Shown piece by piece: positions 43,881 to 53,361 of a DNA stretch of 64,000 nt. The notes under the pieces were generated by a model, which saw only the letters and a program-made list of their open reading frames with translations, was not told where the DNA came from and did not search any database. Within the stretch, counting starts at the first letter, position 1, and every line of letters begins with the position of its first letter. The stretch is from assembly GCA_963704165.1 (NCBI GenBank), contig CAVPHD010000004.1, positions 581,487 through 645,486 of the forward strand, in the 5' to 3' direction. The DNA comes from an uncultured delta proteobacterium (GTDB lineage: Bacteria > Myxococcota_A > UBA9160 > SZUA-336). The position numbers and the translations under genes are program-made.

Positions 43881-44630
43881 ATGAGCCCCGCGATCCGCAT
43901 CAACCGCTTCTTCACCGAGCACGGCGTGTGCTCGCGCCGCGCCGCCGACAAGTACGTCGACGCGGGGCGCGTGCGCATCAACGACGTGGTCGCGGTGCAC
44001 GGCGACACGGTGAAAGAGGGCGACCGCGTCTCGCTCGACGGCAAGCCCGTCGCGGCGCCGGAAAAGCGGCCGGTCGTGCTCGCGTACCACAAGCCGCCGG
44101 GAATCGAGTGCACGTCGGACAAGCGCGTGCCCGAGAACATCATCGATGCGGTCGGCTATCCCGAGCGGGTCTTCCACATCGGCCGGCTCGACAAGTTCAG
44201 CGAGGGGCTGATCCTGCTCACGAACCGCGGCGAGCTCGTGAACCAGATTCTGCGCGCCCGCGGACAGCACGAGAAGGAGTACCTCGTCGAGGTCGATGTC
44301 CCCATCTCCGAGGCGTCGCTGCGGCGCATGCGCAGCGGGATCGTGATCCTGGGCCGGCGCACCCTCCCGTGCACCGTCCAGCGACTCGGCCCGCGGACGT
44401 TCCGCATGGTGCTCACCGAGGGCCGGAACCGGCAGATCCGGCGCATGTGCGAAGCGGAAGACCTGCGCGTGAAGCGACTTCTGCGCGTGCGCGTGATGAA
44501 CATCGAGCTCGGCACGCTGCGGCCGGGTCGCTGGCGCAGGCTGCGCGAGGACGAACTCGACAAGCTCGAGAAGCGCATCGCGCGCGCAGATCAGCGCAGC
44601 GCGCGGGCGGAGCTTCAGGACGAGCAGTGA
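43881..44630 (+). CDS. rluF: rRNA pseudouridine synthase (RluF-like, S4 domain)
   Basis: CSRRAAD, GRLDKFSEGL, HEKEY, EGRNRQIRRMC. Confidence 0.85.
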   Translation: MSPAIRINRFFTEHGVCSRRAADKYVDAGRVRINDVVAVHGDTVKEGDRVSLDGKPVAAPEKRPVVLAYHKPPGIECTSDKRVPENIIDAVGYPERVFHIGRLDKFSEGLILLTNRGELVNQILRARGQHEKEYLVEVDVPISEASLRRMRSGIVILGRRTLPCTVQRLGPRTFRMVLTEGRNRQIRRMCEAEDLRVKRLLRVRVMNIELGTLRPGRWRRLREDELDKLEKRIARADQRSARAELQDEQ

Positions 44631-44766
44631 CCGCTCGACGGCCTCGGAGAGCGGCAAACTACACAGGCGCCCGATCGAAGGGCTCCGCCGTCCGATCCCG
44701 CGAATGCCTGCGGCCCGGGTGACTCCGCCGCTCGAGCTGCCTCTGGTCTGCCTGCTCCCGAGCCCC

Positions 44767-44782
44767 GGGCACACGTTCTGCA
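44767..44782 (+). promoter_or_regulatory. Possible sigma54 promoter for the mreB paralogue
   Basis: GGGCACACGTTCTGCA (GG-N10-GC), 30 nt before ATG 44813. Confidence 0.5.
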
Positions 44783-44812
44783 TCACCGAGCGCGGCAACC
44801 CGGAGGCCCGGA

Positions 44813-45892
44813 ATGACCCAAAATCCCCGCGTGTCAGCGTTCCTGCGCAGGTTCTCCGCCGATCTCGGCATCGATCTCGGCTCGGCCAACGTGCGCGTCT
44901 TCAGCCGGCGAACGGGAGAGGTCTTCTCCGAGCCGAGCGTGGTCGCGCGCGAGCGCCACACGCACGAAGTCCGTGCGACCGGGTGCGAGGCCGAGGCGAT
45001 GATCGCGCGGATGCCCGAATCGATCGTCGCGGTGTTCCCGGTTCGAGACGGCGCGATCGCCGATCTCGAAGCGGCCGAGGCCTTGCTCCGCGCGATGGTG
45101 CGGCGCGCGCGAAATCCGATCGCCTTCCGGCGCCCGCGGATCGTGCTCTCTGCGCCGTGCGAGCTCACGCCCGTCGAGCGCCGGGCGCTCGAACAGGCGG
45201 CGCGAAGCGCGGGTGCGCGCGAGGTCTTCCTGCTCGCGTCGCCGATGGCGGCCGCGCTCGGCGCGGCCGTGCCGGCGGCTGAACGGGGCGGGAAGCTCGT
45301 GATCGATTTCGGCGCGGGTACGACCGAGATCGCGGTGGTGACACTCTCGGGTGTCGTGCACGCGCGCAGCCTCAGGATCGGCAGCGTGCGCCTGGAAGAG
45401 GCGGTCCAGACCTGGCTCAAGAAGAAGCTCGACGTCGAGGTCGGGCTCGGCACGGCCCGCGCGTTGACCGAGCAGCTGGGCTGCGCGATTCCCCGCGAGG
45501 ATCTGCGCGCGGTCACGATCGACGCGCGCGACCGGATCAGCGGCGAGCTGCGCGTGATTCGGGTCAAGGCGGAGGAGCTTCGCGAGGCGCTCGCGGCCCC
45601 CGTGGCGACGTTGATCGACGCGGTCCGGACGGTGCTCGAGGACGCCCCCGCGGAGCTCGCGGCCGACATCGCGCACAACGGCATCGTGCTCGCCGGCGGC
45701 GGCGCGCTCCTGACCGGTCTCGCGACGCTGCTCACGCGGGAGCTGCGGCTCCAGGTCTCGGTGGCGAAGGATCCGCTCACGGCGGTCGTCGCCGGCTGTG
45801 GATCGTGCCTCGAGCGACTCGAGCTGCTGCGCGCGCTTCGCCTCGAGGCGCGCGCGACGATCCGCCGCATCGAGCCGCTGACCGCGCACTGA
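44813..45892 (+). CDS. MreB-like actin-family protein (solo, divergent)
   Basis: GIDLGSAN, EPSVVA, DFGAGTTE, PAELAADI, GGGALL; no mreC/mreD. Confidence 0.88.
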   Translation: MTQNPRVSAFLRRFSADLGIDLGSANVRVFSRRTGEVFSEPSVVARERHTHEVRATGCEAEAMIARMPESIVAVFPVRDGAIADLEAAEALLRAMVRRARNPIAFRRPRIVLSAPCELTPVERRALEQAARSAGAREVFLLASPMAAALGAAVPAAERGGKLVIDFGAGTTEIAVVTLSGVVHARSLRIGSVRLEEAVQTWLKKKLDVEVGLGTARALTEQLGCAIPREDLRAVTIDARDRISGELRVIRVKAEELREALAAPVATLIDAVRTVLEDAPAELAADIAHNGIVLAGGGALLTGLATLLTRELRLQVSVAKDPLTAVVAGCGSCLERLELLRALRLEARATIRRIEPLTAH

Positions 45893-45920
45893 AGAGCGCT
45901 CGCGCGCTTTCCGCCGCGAC

Positions 45921-46967
45921 CTACCGCTCGCGGGAATCCGGGTAGGCGTGCAGCTTCCCCTGCCAGTCTTCGACGACGACGGTGTCGCCGTCGGCGGACT
46001 CGCGCAGGTAGCCCGGACCGATCGGCACCTTCCCCGCGCCGCCCGGAACGTCGAGCACGTAGCTCGGCTGACACAGTCCCGAGACCCGCCCGCGAAGCGA
46101 ACGGACCAGCGCCTGACCGGCCTCGATCGAGGTGCGGAAGTGGCCGGTGCCCGGCGCGAGATCCGCGTGGTGCAGGTAGTACGGCTTCACGCGCATGGCG
46201 ACGAAGCCGCGGAACAGCGCTTCGAGCGAAGCCGGGTCGTCGTTCACGCCCGCGAGCAGCACCGTCTGCGAGAGCATCGGCAGGCCCGCGTCGACGAGTC
46301 GCGCGACGGCGACGCGCGTCCGCTCGTCGAGCTCGCGCGCGTGATTCGCATGCAGAACGATCCAGACCGCCTTGCGCGCGCGCAACGCCGCGACGAGCTC
46401 CGCCGTCACGCGCTCGGGCTCGACCGCGGGGACGCGCGTGTGCACGCGGATCACGCCGAGGTGTGGGATCTCGTCGAGCCGTCGCACGATCTCGGCGAGC
46501 CGTCGCGGCGAGAGGATCAGCGGATCGCCGCCCGAGAGGATCACCTCCCAGATGCGCTCGTCTCGAGACACGTAGCCGAGCGCTTCGTCGAGCTCGGCGG
46601 GCGAGAGCGACTCGCCGCCCGGCCCGACCGCCTCGCGCCGGAAACAGAAGCGGCAGTAGACCGGACAGGCGTGCGTGGGCTTGAGCAGCACGCGATCGGG
46701 ATAGCGGTGCGTGATTCCCTTCACCGGTGTGAAGGCCGCGTCGCCGATCGGATCGGAACTCTCGTCGGCCGAGATCCGCAGCTCCGCTTCGGACGGGACG
46801 AACTGCCGCGCGATCGGATCTGCGGGGTCCTCCGGGTCGATCCGGTCCTGCACGGAGGGTGTGAGCGCGACCGCCCAGCGCGACGCCACGCGGTGTAGCG
46901 CGTCGAGCCGCTCGGCGGGAACGAGGCCCGCCTCGACGAGCCGATCGAGTTCGCGGATTCGTTTCAT
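45921..46967 (-). CDS. epmB: Lysine 2,3-aminomutase (EF-P beta-lysylation, EpmB)
   Basis: HRYPDRVL, CPVYCRFCFR, SGGDPL, PYYLH, PGGAGK. Confidence 0.92.
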   Translation of the reverse strand: MKRIRELDRLVEAGLVPAERLDALHRVASRWAVALTPSVQDRIDPEDPADPIARQFVPSEAELRISADESSDPIGDAAFTPVKGITHRYPDRVLLKPTHACPVYCRFCFRREAVGPGGESLSPAELDEALGYVSRDERIWEVILSGGDPLILSPRRLAEIVRRLDEIPHLGVIRVHTRVPAVEPERVTAELVAALRARKAVWIVLHANHARELDERTRVAVARLVDAGLPMLSQTVLLAGVNDDPASLEALFRGFVAMRVKPYYLHHADLAPGTGHFRTSIEAGQALVRSLRGRVSGLCQPSYVLDVPGGAGKVPIGPGYLRESADGDTVVVEDWQGKLHAYPDSRER

Positions 46968-47953
46968 TCGTCGGCCACTGGCGCCCAGAGCACGTCCTCG
47001 ATCCTTTCGGCCCCGGTCGCGCACATCACGAGCCGGTCGAAGCCGAGCGCCATGCCCGCACTCGCAGGGAGCCCGTGTTCGAGCGCGGCCAGGAAGTCGT
47101 CGTCGATGGGATAGCGCTCTCCGTAGAGCCGCGCCTTTTCGGCCAGGTCGCGCTCGAAGCGGCGGCGCTGCTCGGCCGCGTCCGTGAGCTCCGAGAAGCC
47201 GTTCGCGATCTCGAAGCCCGAGACGTAGAGCTCCACGCGTTCGGCCACGCGCGCGTCGCCGGGTTTCGCGCGTGCGAGCGCGCCGAGCGCGATCGGCCAG
47301 TCGTACAAGAGTGTCGGGCGGCCGACGCCGAGCTTGGGCTCGATCTCGTTCAAGAGCACCCGGAAGAAGCGATCCTCGTACGTGTCGCCCGCGCCCGCCT
47401 CGAGCGCGAAGACGTCGAGCCCGGCGTGCTTCGCGAACGCGTCCGGCACGCTGAGCCGCTCCGCGGGCTGGCGCGCATCGCACTCGATCCCGCGGTGGAC
47501 GAGCCGCTCGCGTCCGCCCGCCTCGAGCGCGACGCGCAGGAGCGCCTCGCAGTCGTCCATCAGCGCGGTGTAGTCGCAGCCCGCGCGGTACCACTCGAGC
47601 ATCGTGAACTCGGGATGGTGGGTCGAGGAGCGCTCGGCGTTCCGGAACGCGTGCGAGAGCTGGAACAGCCGGGGAACGCCCGCGACGAGCAGCTTCTTCA
47701 TCGCGAACTCCGGGGACGTGTGCAGGTAGCGGGCGCGCGCTCCCGGCCGACCCGGGGCGCGGAGCGAGGTCTCGAAGGCGAACAGGTGCGGCTCGAGCCC
47801 CGGCGAGATCTGGAGCGCCGGGGTTTCGACCTCGACGAATCCCGCGCTCGCGAAGTGCGCGCGCAGTCCCGTCGCGATCCGCGCGCGCACCTCGAGGCGG
47901 GCGCTTCGCTCGGCGAATCGCTTCGGGTGCCACCAGGGCCGCGGGTCGTCCAC
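46964..47953 (-). CDS. epmA: EF-P lysine aminoacylase EpmA
   Basis: EVETP, YLHTSPEFAMKKLL, HHPEFTMLEWYR, EIANGFSEL, GFDRL. Confidence 0.95.
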   Translation of the reverse strand: MDDPRPWWHPKRFAERSARLEVRARIATGLRAHFASAGFVEVETPALQISPGLEPHLFAFETSLRAPGRPGARARYLHTSPEFAMKKLLVAGVPRLFQLSHAFRNAERSSTHHPEFTMLEWYRAGCDYTALMDDCEALLRVALEAGGRERLVHRGIECDARQPAERLSVPDAFAKHAGLDVFALEAGAGDTYEDRFFRVLLNEIEPKLGVGRPTLLYDWPIALGALARAKPGDARVAERVELYVSGFEIANGFSELTDAAEQRRRFERDLAEKARLYGERYPIDDDFLAALEHGLPASAGMALGFDRLVMCATGAERIEDVLWAPVADE

Positions 47954-48000
47954 GCTCGCTCTCCTTCGGACCCGGGCAGGGTACCGAACGCCGTGGTCCA

Positions 48001-48717
48001 ATGGTGCCGATGCCCGCCCCCGTGATTCCCGAGAAGCGCTGCATCGGCTTCGCGCACCGCGGCGCCTCGGCCGACGCGCCCGAGAACACGATCGAGGCGT
48101 TCGCCCTCGCGCTCCGACTCGGCGCGACCGGGCTCGAATCCGACGTCTGGATCACCGCTGACGGCGTACCGGTGCTCGACCACGACGGGCGGACTCCGAA
48201 CGGCGTTCCCTTCCGCGACGTGCCCCGCGCGTCGCTGCCCGCGCACGTTCCCGCGCTGCGCGAGTTGTACGAATCCTGCGGACGCGATTTCGAGCTCTCG
48301 CTCGACGTGAAGGATCCCGACGCGGCGCGCGCGCTGACCGAGGTCGCGCGCGAGGTCGGCGATCCCGCACGGCTCTGGCTCTGTCACTGGAACTGGCGCG
48401 TCGTCGCGTCCTTCCGCCCGCTCGATCCGTCGGTTCGGCTGGTCGATTCGACGCGGGTCGAAGTGATGCGCACCGCGCCCGCGGAGCGCGCCGAGCGCAT
48501 GATCGCGCTCGGGATCGACGCGTTGAACCTGCACTGGACCGATTGGAACGCGTCACTCGCCGGCGAGTTCCGCGCCCGCGGGCGCGCGATCCTCGCGTGG
48601 GACGCTCAGGACGAGTCCGCACTGACGCGCATGCTCGCGCTCGGCGTCGATGCCGTCTTCAGCGATCACGTCGCGCGGATGATGCGCGAGATCCGAAGTC
48701 ACGCGCGGGCTGAATGA
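48001..48717 (+). CDS. Glycerophosphodiester phosphodiesterase
   Basis: AHRGAS, PENT, ESDV, DHD, GVDAVFSD. Confidence 0.88.
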   Translation: MVPMPAPVIPEKRCIGFAHRGASADAPENTIEAFALALRLGATGLESDVWITADGVPVLDHDGRTPNGVPFRDVPRASLPAHVPALRELYESCGRDFELSLDVKDPDAARALTEVAREVGDPARLWLCHWNWRVVASFRPLDPSVRLVDSTRVEVMRTAPAERAERMIALGIDALNLHWTDWNASLAGEFRARGRAILAWDAQDESALTRMLALGVDAVFSDHVARMMREIRSHARAE

Positions 48718-48742
48718 GCGCCGCTCGTCCGCGCTCCGCGGG

Positions 48743-49198
48743 TCAGGGCTTGCGGAAGATCGGCTCGAGCGCCCGGACGGGGTCGAGGATCGCGAAGTCG
48801 GTGGGCGCGACCTCGTAGCCGCGCGGGAAGGGCGGCCGGGGGTCGAGGCCGATGGCCTCGAGCACGCGTGGCGCCTGGTAGTAGGCGACGAAGGTCTGCG
48901 CGACCAGCGTCGGCAGGAAGCCGGGCGCCCGAGTGCCCGTCGCTTCGAGAAGCTCCCGACGCTCCGCGGCGGGAACCGCGGCGAATCCGCTCCGGCCACG
49001 CGCCCGCGCCAGCTCATCGACGACGGCGAGCCCGTTCGCGAGCAGCGTCTGCAGCTCGACACGCGACGCGAGGGACTCGGCGAGACCGAGCTGCCCCGCG
49101 CCCGGAAGGCGACCGTCGGCGCTCGGAGGGAGGATCGCGTCGAGCACGGCCGTCAGCGCAGCTCCGTGTTCCGTCGTGAGAGTCATCGTGTCGCTCAT
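48743..49198 (-). CDS. Gluconate 2-dehydrogenase subunit 3-like protein
   Basis: LDAILP...LPGA, AYYQAPRVLEAIG; follows the GMC gene. Confidence 0.7.
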   Translation of the reverse strand: MSDTMTLTTEHGAALTAVLDAILPPSADGRLPGAGQLGLAESLASRVELQTLLANGLAVVDELARARGRSGFAAVPAAERRELLEATGTRAPGFLPTLVAQTFVAYYQAPRVLEAIGLDPRPPFPRGYEVAPTDFAILDPVRALEPIFRKP

Positions 49199-49199
49199 C

Positions 49200-50829
49200 T
49201 CAGTCGAACAACGTCGTCAGGTTCTTCTTGATGTGGTCGGCGACGTAGAGCGCCAGACCCTGGATCGTGCAGCACGGATTCACCCCTCCGGCCGTGGGAA
49301 AGATGCTGCCGTCGATGATGAACAGGTTCGGGACGTCGTGGCACCGTCCGTGGGCGTCGACGACGGAACGGCCCGGGTCGCGTGCCCATCCGCGCCGTGC
49401 CCATCAGGTGCCAGCCCGCCATCGCGAGGGGCGCCTGCGAGATCGTGCGGTTGGCGCCGGCCGCCTTCAGCACGTCGGTCGCGCGCGCCGCGCCGTACTC
49501 GAGCATCTTGCGGCTGTTCTCGCCGAGGCGGTACGTGATCTTCGGCGCGGGTATGCCGTGGGCATCGACGAGCACCGGGTCGAGCGTCACGCGATTGCAT
49601 TCCTCCGGCAGGTCTTCGCAGATCGCGAGCAGCCCCGCGACGCGATCGAAGATCCCCGCGTACGCTTCGTGGTGTCCCTCGCCCCAGGGCAGCAGGCCGT
49701 TCGCCATTCCCAGGAGCGCGCTGGTCACGGGTCCGAAGCCGCGCATCAGCTCGAACGAGAACCCGCGCACGAAGCCCCGCGACAGGTCCGTCTCGTAGAA
49801 CTGGTGGCTCCAGAGACCGCAGCCGGTCGGTCCCTGGTGGCCGTGGAGCGGCTCGTCGAAGAGCCCGAGCACCATCGCGTAGGGATGGAACATCAGGTTC
49901 CGTCCGACGAGTCCGCTGCGGTTCGCGAGCCCGTCGGGGAAGAGCTTCGACGCCGAGTTGAGGAGAAGCCGCGGCGTGCCGATTCCATTGCACGCGAGCA
50001 CGACGATCTCCGCGCGCTGCCGCCGTTCGACGCCGTCCGCGTCGTAGTAGACCACGCCGTCGGCACGGCCGTCCTCGCGCACGAGAATCTCGCGTACACG
50101 ACAGTGTGTACGAAGCTCGACGCCGCGCCGCTCCGCGGCCGGCCAGTACGTCACGTCGGTGCTGGCTTTGGCGCCCTGCGCGCAACCCGAGATGCACGGG
50201 CCGAGGTTGATGCACTTCGCGCGGCCCATGTGCTCGCGCGTGGCGATCGCGCTGTCCGACGGCCACCAGTGCCAACCGAGATCGTTGAATCCGCGGGCCA
50301 CCGTCTCGCCGAGTCTGCCCAGCGGAACCGGGGGCAGCGGCACGTCCTTCGGCGGATAGGCCGGGTCGCCCGCGAGCCCGGCGACGCCGGTCATCCGGTC
50401 GTTCTCGGCCCAGTACGGCTCGAGGTCCGCGTACTCGATCGGCCAGTCCTCACCCACGCCGTCGAGGCTGCGCACGCGGAAGTCCGACGGCTTCATTCGC
50501 GGGTAGTGGGCCGCGTACAGCACCGTGCTGCCGCCCACCGCGTTGAAGTTCGCCACCTTGATCGGCGACTCGTCCTCGTTGATCGGATAGTCCTCGGCGC
50601 GACCGCGCGTGTTCGGATTCACGCTCCACTCGCCCTGTGCCCGCAGCTCCCAGTTCTCGAACGCGGTCGGGTACTCCGCCGGATTCATCCAGCCGCCCTG
50701 CTCGAGGCAAACGACGCGCATCCGCGTGTCGGCGATGCTCCACGCGAAGGCCGCTCCCGATGCCCCCGCGCCGATGATCAGCACGTCCACGGGCTCGTCG
50801 CTCGCGGCAGGTCTTCCGGCTCGGCTCAT
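49200..50829 (-). CDS. GMC family flavoprotein oxidoreductase (one frameshift near 49378)
   Basis: GAGASG, VGGST, HLMGTARMG; canonical tail SVVDAHGRCHDVPNLFIIDGS...NP in another frame ending at TGA 49200. Confidence 0.9.
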
Positions 50830-50911
50830 TCGGTCTCCACTCCCGCATTCGAGTGTACCCGAGCCGGATCGCGGATCGCATTCGCCGGTACGGAGCCGGG
50901 ACGCGTGAATC

Positions 50912-51934
50912 CTACGGCGGCTTCGGAATTCGCGACACGGCAGCGTCGACGGGGCTCGGTGTCATGACGACGTACCGCTGCAACCGAGTTCGCTGCACGA
51001 TCTCGACCACCGCGACCGAGGCCGCGAAGACCACAAGGCTCGCCAGCACCTGGTGCGAGCTCAACACCGGCCGCAGCACGTCGATGACGGCGACGTGGCA
51101 GAAATAGACCCCGAGCATGTAGGGCGCGATGCGGGCGACGACCGCGTTCGACCCGAGCGGCAGGAAGACGATCGCGGTGATCGCCGCCAGCGAGAGCGCG
51201 TAGCGCTCTAGCGAGGCCACGGCGCTCGGCGCGTCGACCGGGATCGCCTCGGGCAACGCGTACGCGGTGGCGAGCGCGAGCGCGCAGAATGCGCCGACCG
51301 CCATCGCCACCTTCGTGCGCTCGGCTTCCCTGGCGCGCAACAATTCGGCCAGCGCCATGCCGAGCGGAATCGAGGGCAGGGAGAAGCTCCACTGCCAGAG
51401 CACCAGGCTCCTCGCGGGAAACCTCTCGGCGACCAGGATCCAGGCGTAGCCGAGCGCGAGCAGCGCGACGAAGCGCAGCGTGCGAGATACCCGGCGCGTG
51501 AAGACATGCACGCCCGCGGAGACACCACCGGCGAAGACCGCGAAGGGGGCGAACCACATGTGGGTCCGCACGCCCGAGACGATCATCTCGGGATGCAGCA
51601 CCGAGCCCAGCGTCTGTCCGCGACGCATCGCGACGAGCGCGAGCAGCGCCGCGTAGAGCAGCGTCCAGAAGACCCACGCTCCCCCCAGCGTGCGCAGTTT
51701 TCGCGACAGAACGGAGCGTGCCCCGCGTCGATCCGCGGCGAGCACGCTGAAGGCCGCGCCGAGGAGCAGGAACGTCGGAAGACCGAAGCCGCCGAGCCAC
51801 GGCAGCCGATGCGCCATGCCGGTGTGGAATGCCACGATCTCGAACATCGCCAGCAGCCGCAGCCATTCGATCGCGGCGATTCGCGGGGCGGCGTTCGGTT
51901 CCGGGAACGACACGTGAGGGTCCATGCCTAGCAT
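50912..51934 (-). CDS. Acyltransferase-3 family membrane protein
   Basis: IEWLRLLAMFEIVAFH, HMWF, LGVYFCH. Confidence 0.8.
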   Translation of the reverse strand: MLGMDPHVSFPEPNAAPRIAAIEWLRLLAMFEIVAFHTGMAHRLPWLGGFGLPTFLLLGAAFSVLAADRRGARSVLSRKLRTLGGAWVFWTLLYAALLALVAMRRGQTLGSVLHPEMIVSGVRTHMWFAPFAVFAGGVSAGVHVFTRRVSRTLRFVALLALGYAWILVAERFPARSLVLWQWSFSLPSIPLGMALAELLRAREAERTKVAMAVGAFCALALATAYALPEAIPVDAPSAVASLERYALSLAAITAIVFLPLGSNAVVARIAPYMLGVYFCHVAVIDVLRPVLSSHQVLASLVVFAASVAVVEIVQRTRLQRYVVMTPSPVDAAVSRIPKPP

Positions 51935-51987
51935 CTCGAGCCGCGCGCTGCTCGCTCGCGTTGCGCTCCTCGCGTACCCTGTCGGCC

Positions 51988-53361
51988 ATGTCGTCCCGCG
52001 AGCAGGCCCAACGGCACCTGATCCCGCACTTCACGCGCAGCAACGTGTGGCACGCCGACGACTTGCCGGTGCTCGAGCGCGGAGAGGGGTGCTACGTCTG
52101 GGACGCCGGCGGCGACCGCTGGCTCGACGGCCTTTCGGGGCTCTTCTGCGTGAACATCGGCCACGGGCGCGCGGACCTCGCGGACGCGGCGGCTGCACAG
52201 ATGCGCAAGCTCGCGTTCGCCACGAACTGGGGCTACGCGCATCCACCGTCGATCGAGGCCGCGCGCAGGATCGCCGAGGTCGCGCCGGGCGATCTCGACC
52301 ACGTCTTCTTCGTCAGCTCGGGATCGGAGGCGGTCGAGTCCGCGCTGAAGCTCGCGCGCAACTACCACGTCGCGCGCGGGGAGCCGTCGCGCGTGAAGGT
52401 GATCGCGCGGACCTGGTCGTACCACGGCACGACGCTCGGCGCGCTCGCCGTGACCGGAATCCCGGCGATGCGCGAGCCGTACGCGCCGATGCTCTGGGAC
52501 GGCGTGGTGCGCGTGCCCAACACGCTCGACGCTCCGCCGGGTGCGCCGGGAGCCCCGGCGCGAGAGCTGCCGAGCGTGCGCGCGATCGAAGAGGCGATCC
52601 TGCGCGAGGGCCCCGAGACCGTCTCGATGCTGATCGCCGAGCCCGTGCAGAACGGGCGCGGCGCGGTCGTACCGCCCCCGGGCTACTGGCCCGAGCTGCG
52701 CAGGATCTGTGACACGTACGGCGTGCTGCTCTGCGCCGACGAGGTGATCAACGCCTTCGGCCGGCTGGGAACGTGGTTCGCGAGCGAGCGCGTCGGCGTC
52801 GTGCCGGACCTGATCACGTTCGCCAAGGGCGTGACGTCCGCCTACCAGCCGCTCGCGGGCGTGGTCGTGCGACGCCCGGTGATCGAGGCGATCTGGGATT
52901 CGCCGGGCGGCTCGTTCGTGCACGGCTCGACGTTCGGCGGCCATCCGGTCGCGACCGCGGTGGCCGTCGCGAACCTGAACGCCTTCCGCGACGAGAAGGT
53001 CTTCGAGAACGTCCTCGCGAACGAGGCGCACCTGCGCTCGCTTCTCGAGGACGTCGCTTCGCGGCACCGCTGCGTGCGCGAGGTCCGGGGGCAGGGGTAC
53101 TTCTACGCCGTCGAGCTGATGGCCGACCGCGATTCCGGCCGCGATCTCGACGCGGATCAGACGACCGCTCTTCGCGGCGGCCTGCTGCTCCGCTACATCC
53201 GCGAGGCGCGGATCTTGATCCGTCCCGACGATCGCGGCGCGACCTTCATGGCGATCGCGCCTCCGCTCGTGGCGGACCGCGATGTTCTCGCCGACCTGGC
53301 CGAACGTCTCGATCGCATCTGCACCCGCGTCGATCAGTACATCGGAGGAAATCCCAGATGA
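51988..53361 (+). CDS. Class III aminotransferase, probably taurine-pyruvate aminotransferase
   Basis: SGSEAVE, SYHG, DEVI, PDLITFAKG, HGSTFGGHP; stop overlaps xsc start. Confidence 0.85.
   Translation: MSSREQAQRHLIPHFTRSNVWHADDLPVLERGEGCYVWDAGGDRWLDGLSGLFCVNIGHGRADLADAAAAQMRKLAFATNWGYAHPPSIEAARRIAEVAPGDLDHVFFVSSGSEAVESALKLARNYHVARGEPSRVKVIARTWSYHGTTLGALAVTGIPAMREPYAPMLWDGVVRVPNTLDAPPGAPGAPARELPSVRAIEEAILREGPETVSMLIAEPVQNGRGAVVPPPGYWPELRRICDTYGVLLCADEVINAFGRLGTWFASERVGVVPDLITFAKGVTSAYQPLAGVVVRRPVIEAIWDSPGGSFVHGSTFGGHPVATAVAVANLNAFRDEKVFENVLANEAHLRSLLEDVASRHRCVREVRGQGYFYAVELMADRDSGRDLDADQTTALRGGLLLRYIREARILIRPDDRGATFMAIAPPLVADRDVLADLAERLDRICTRVDQYIGGNPR

Noticed and set aside
45921..47953. 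epmAB without adjacent efp as a novelty
   Set aside because: efp is often encoded elsewhere; ordinary arrangement
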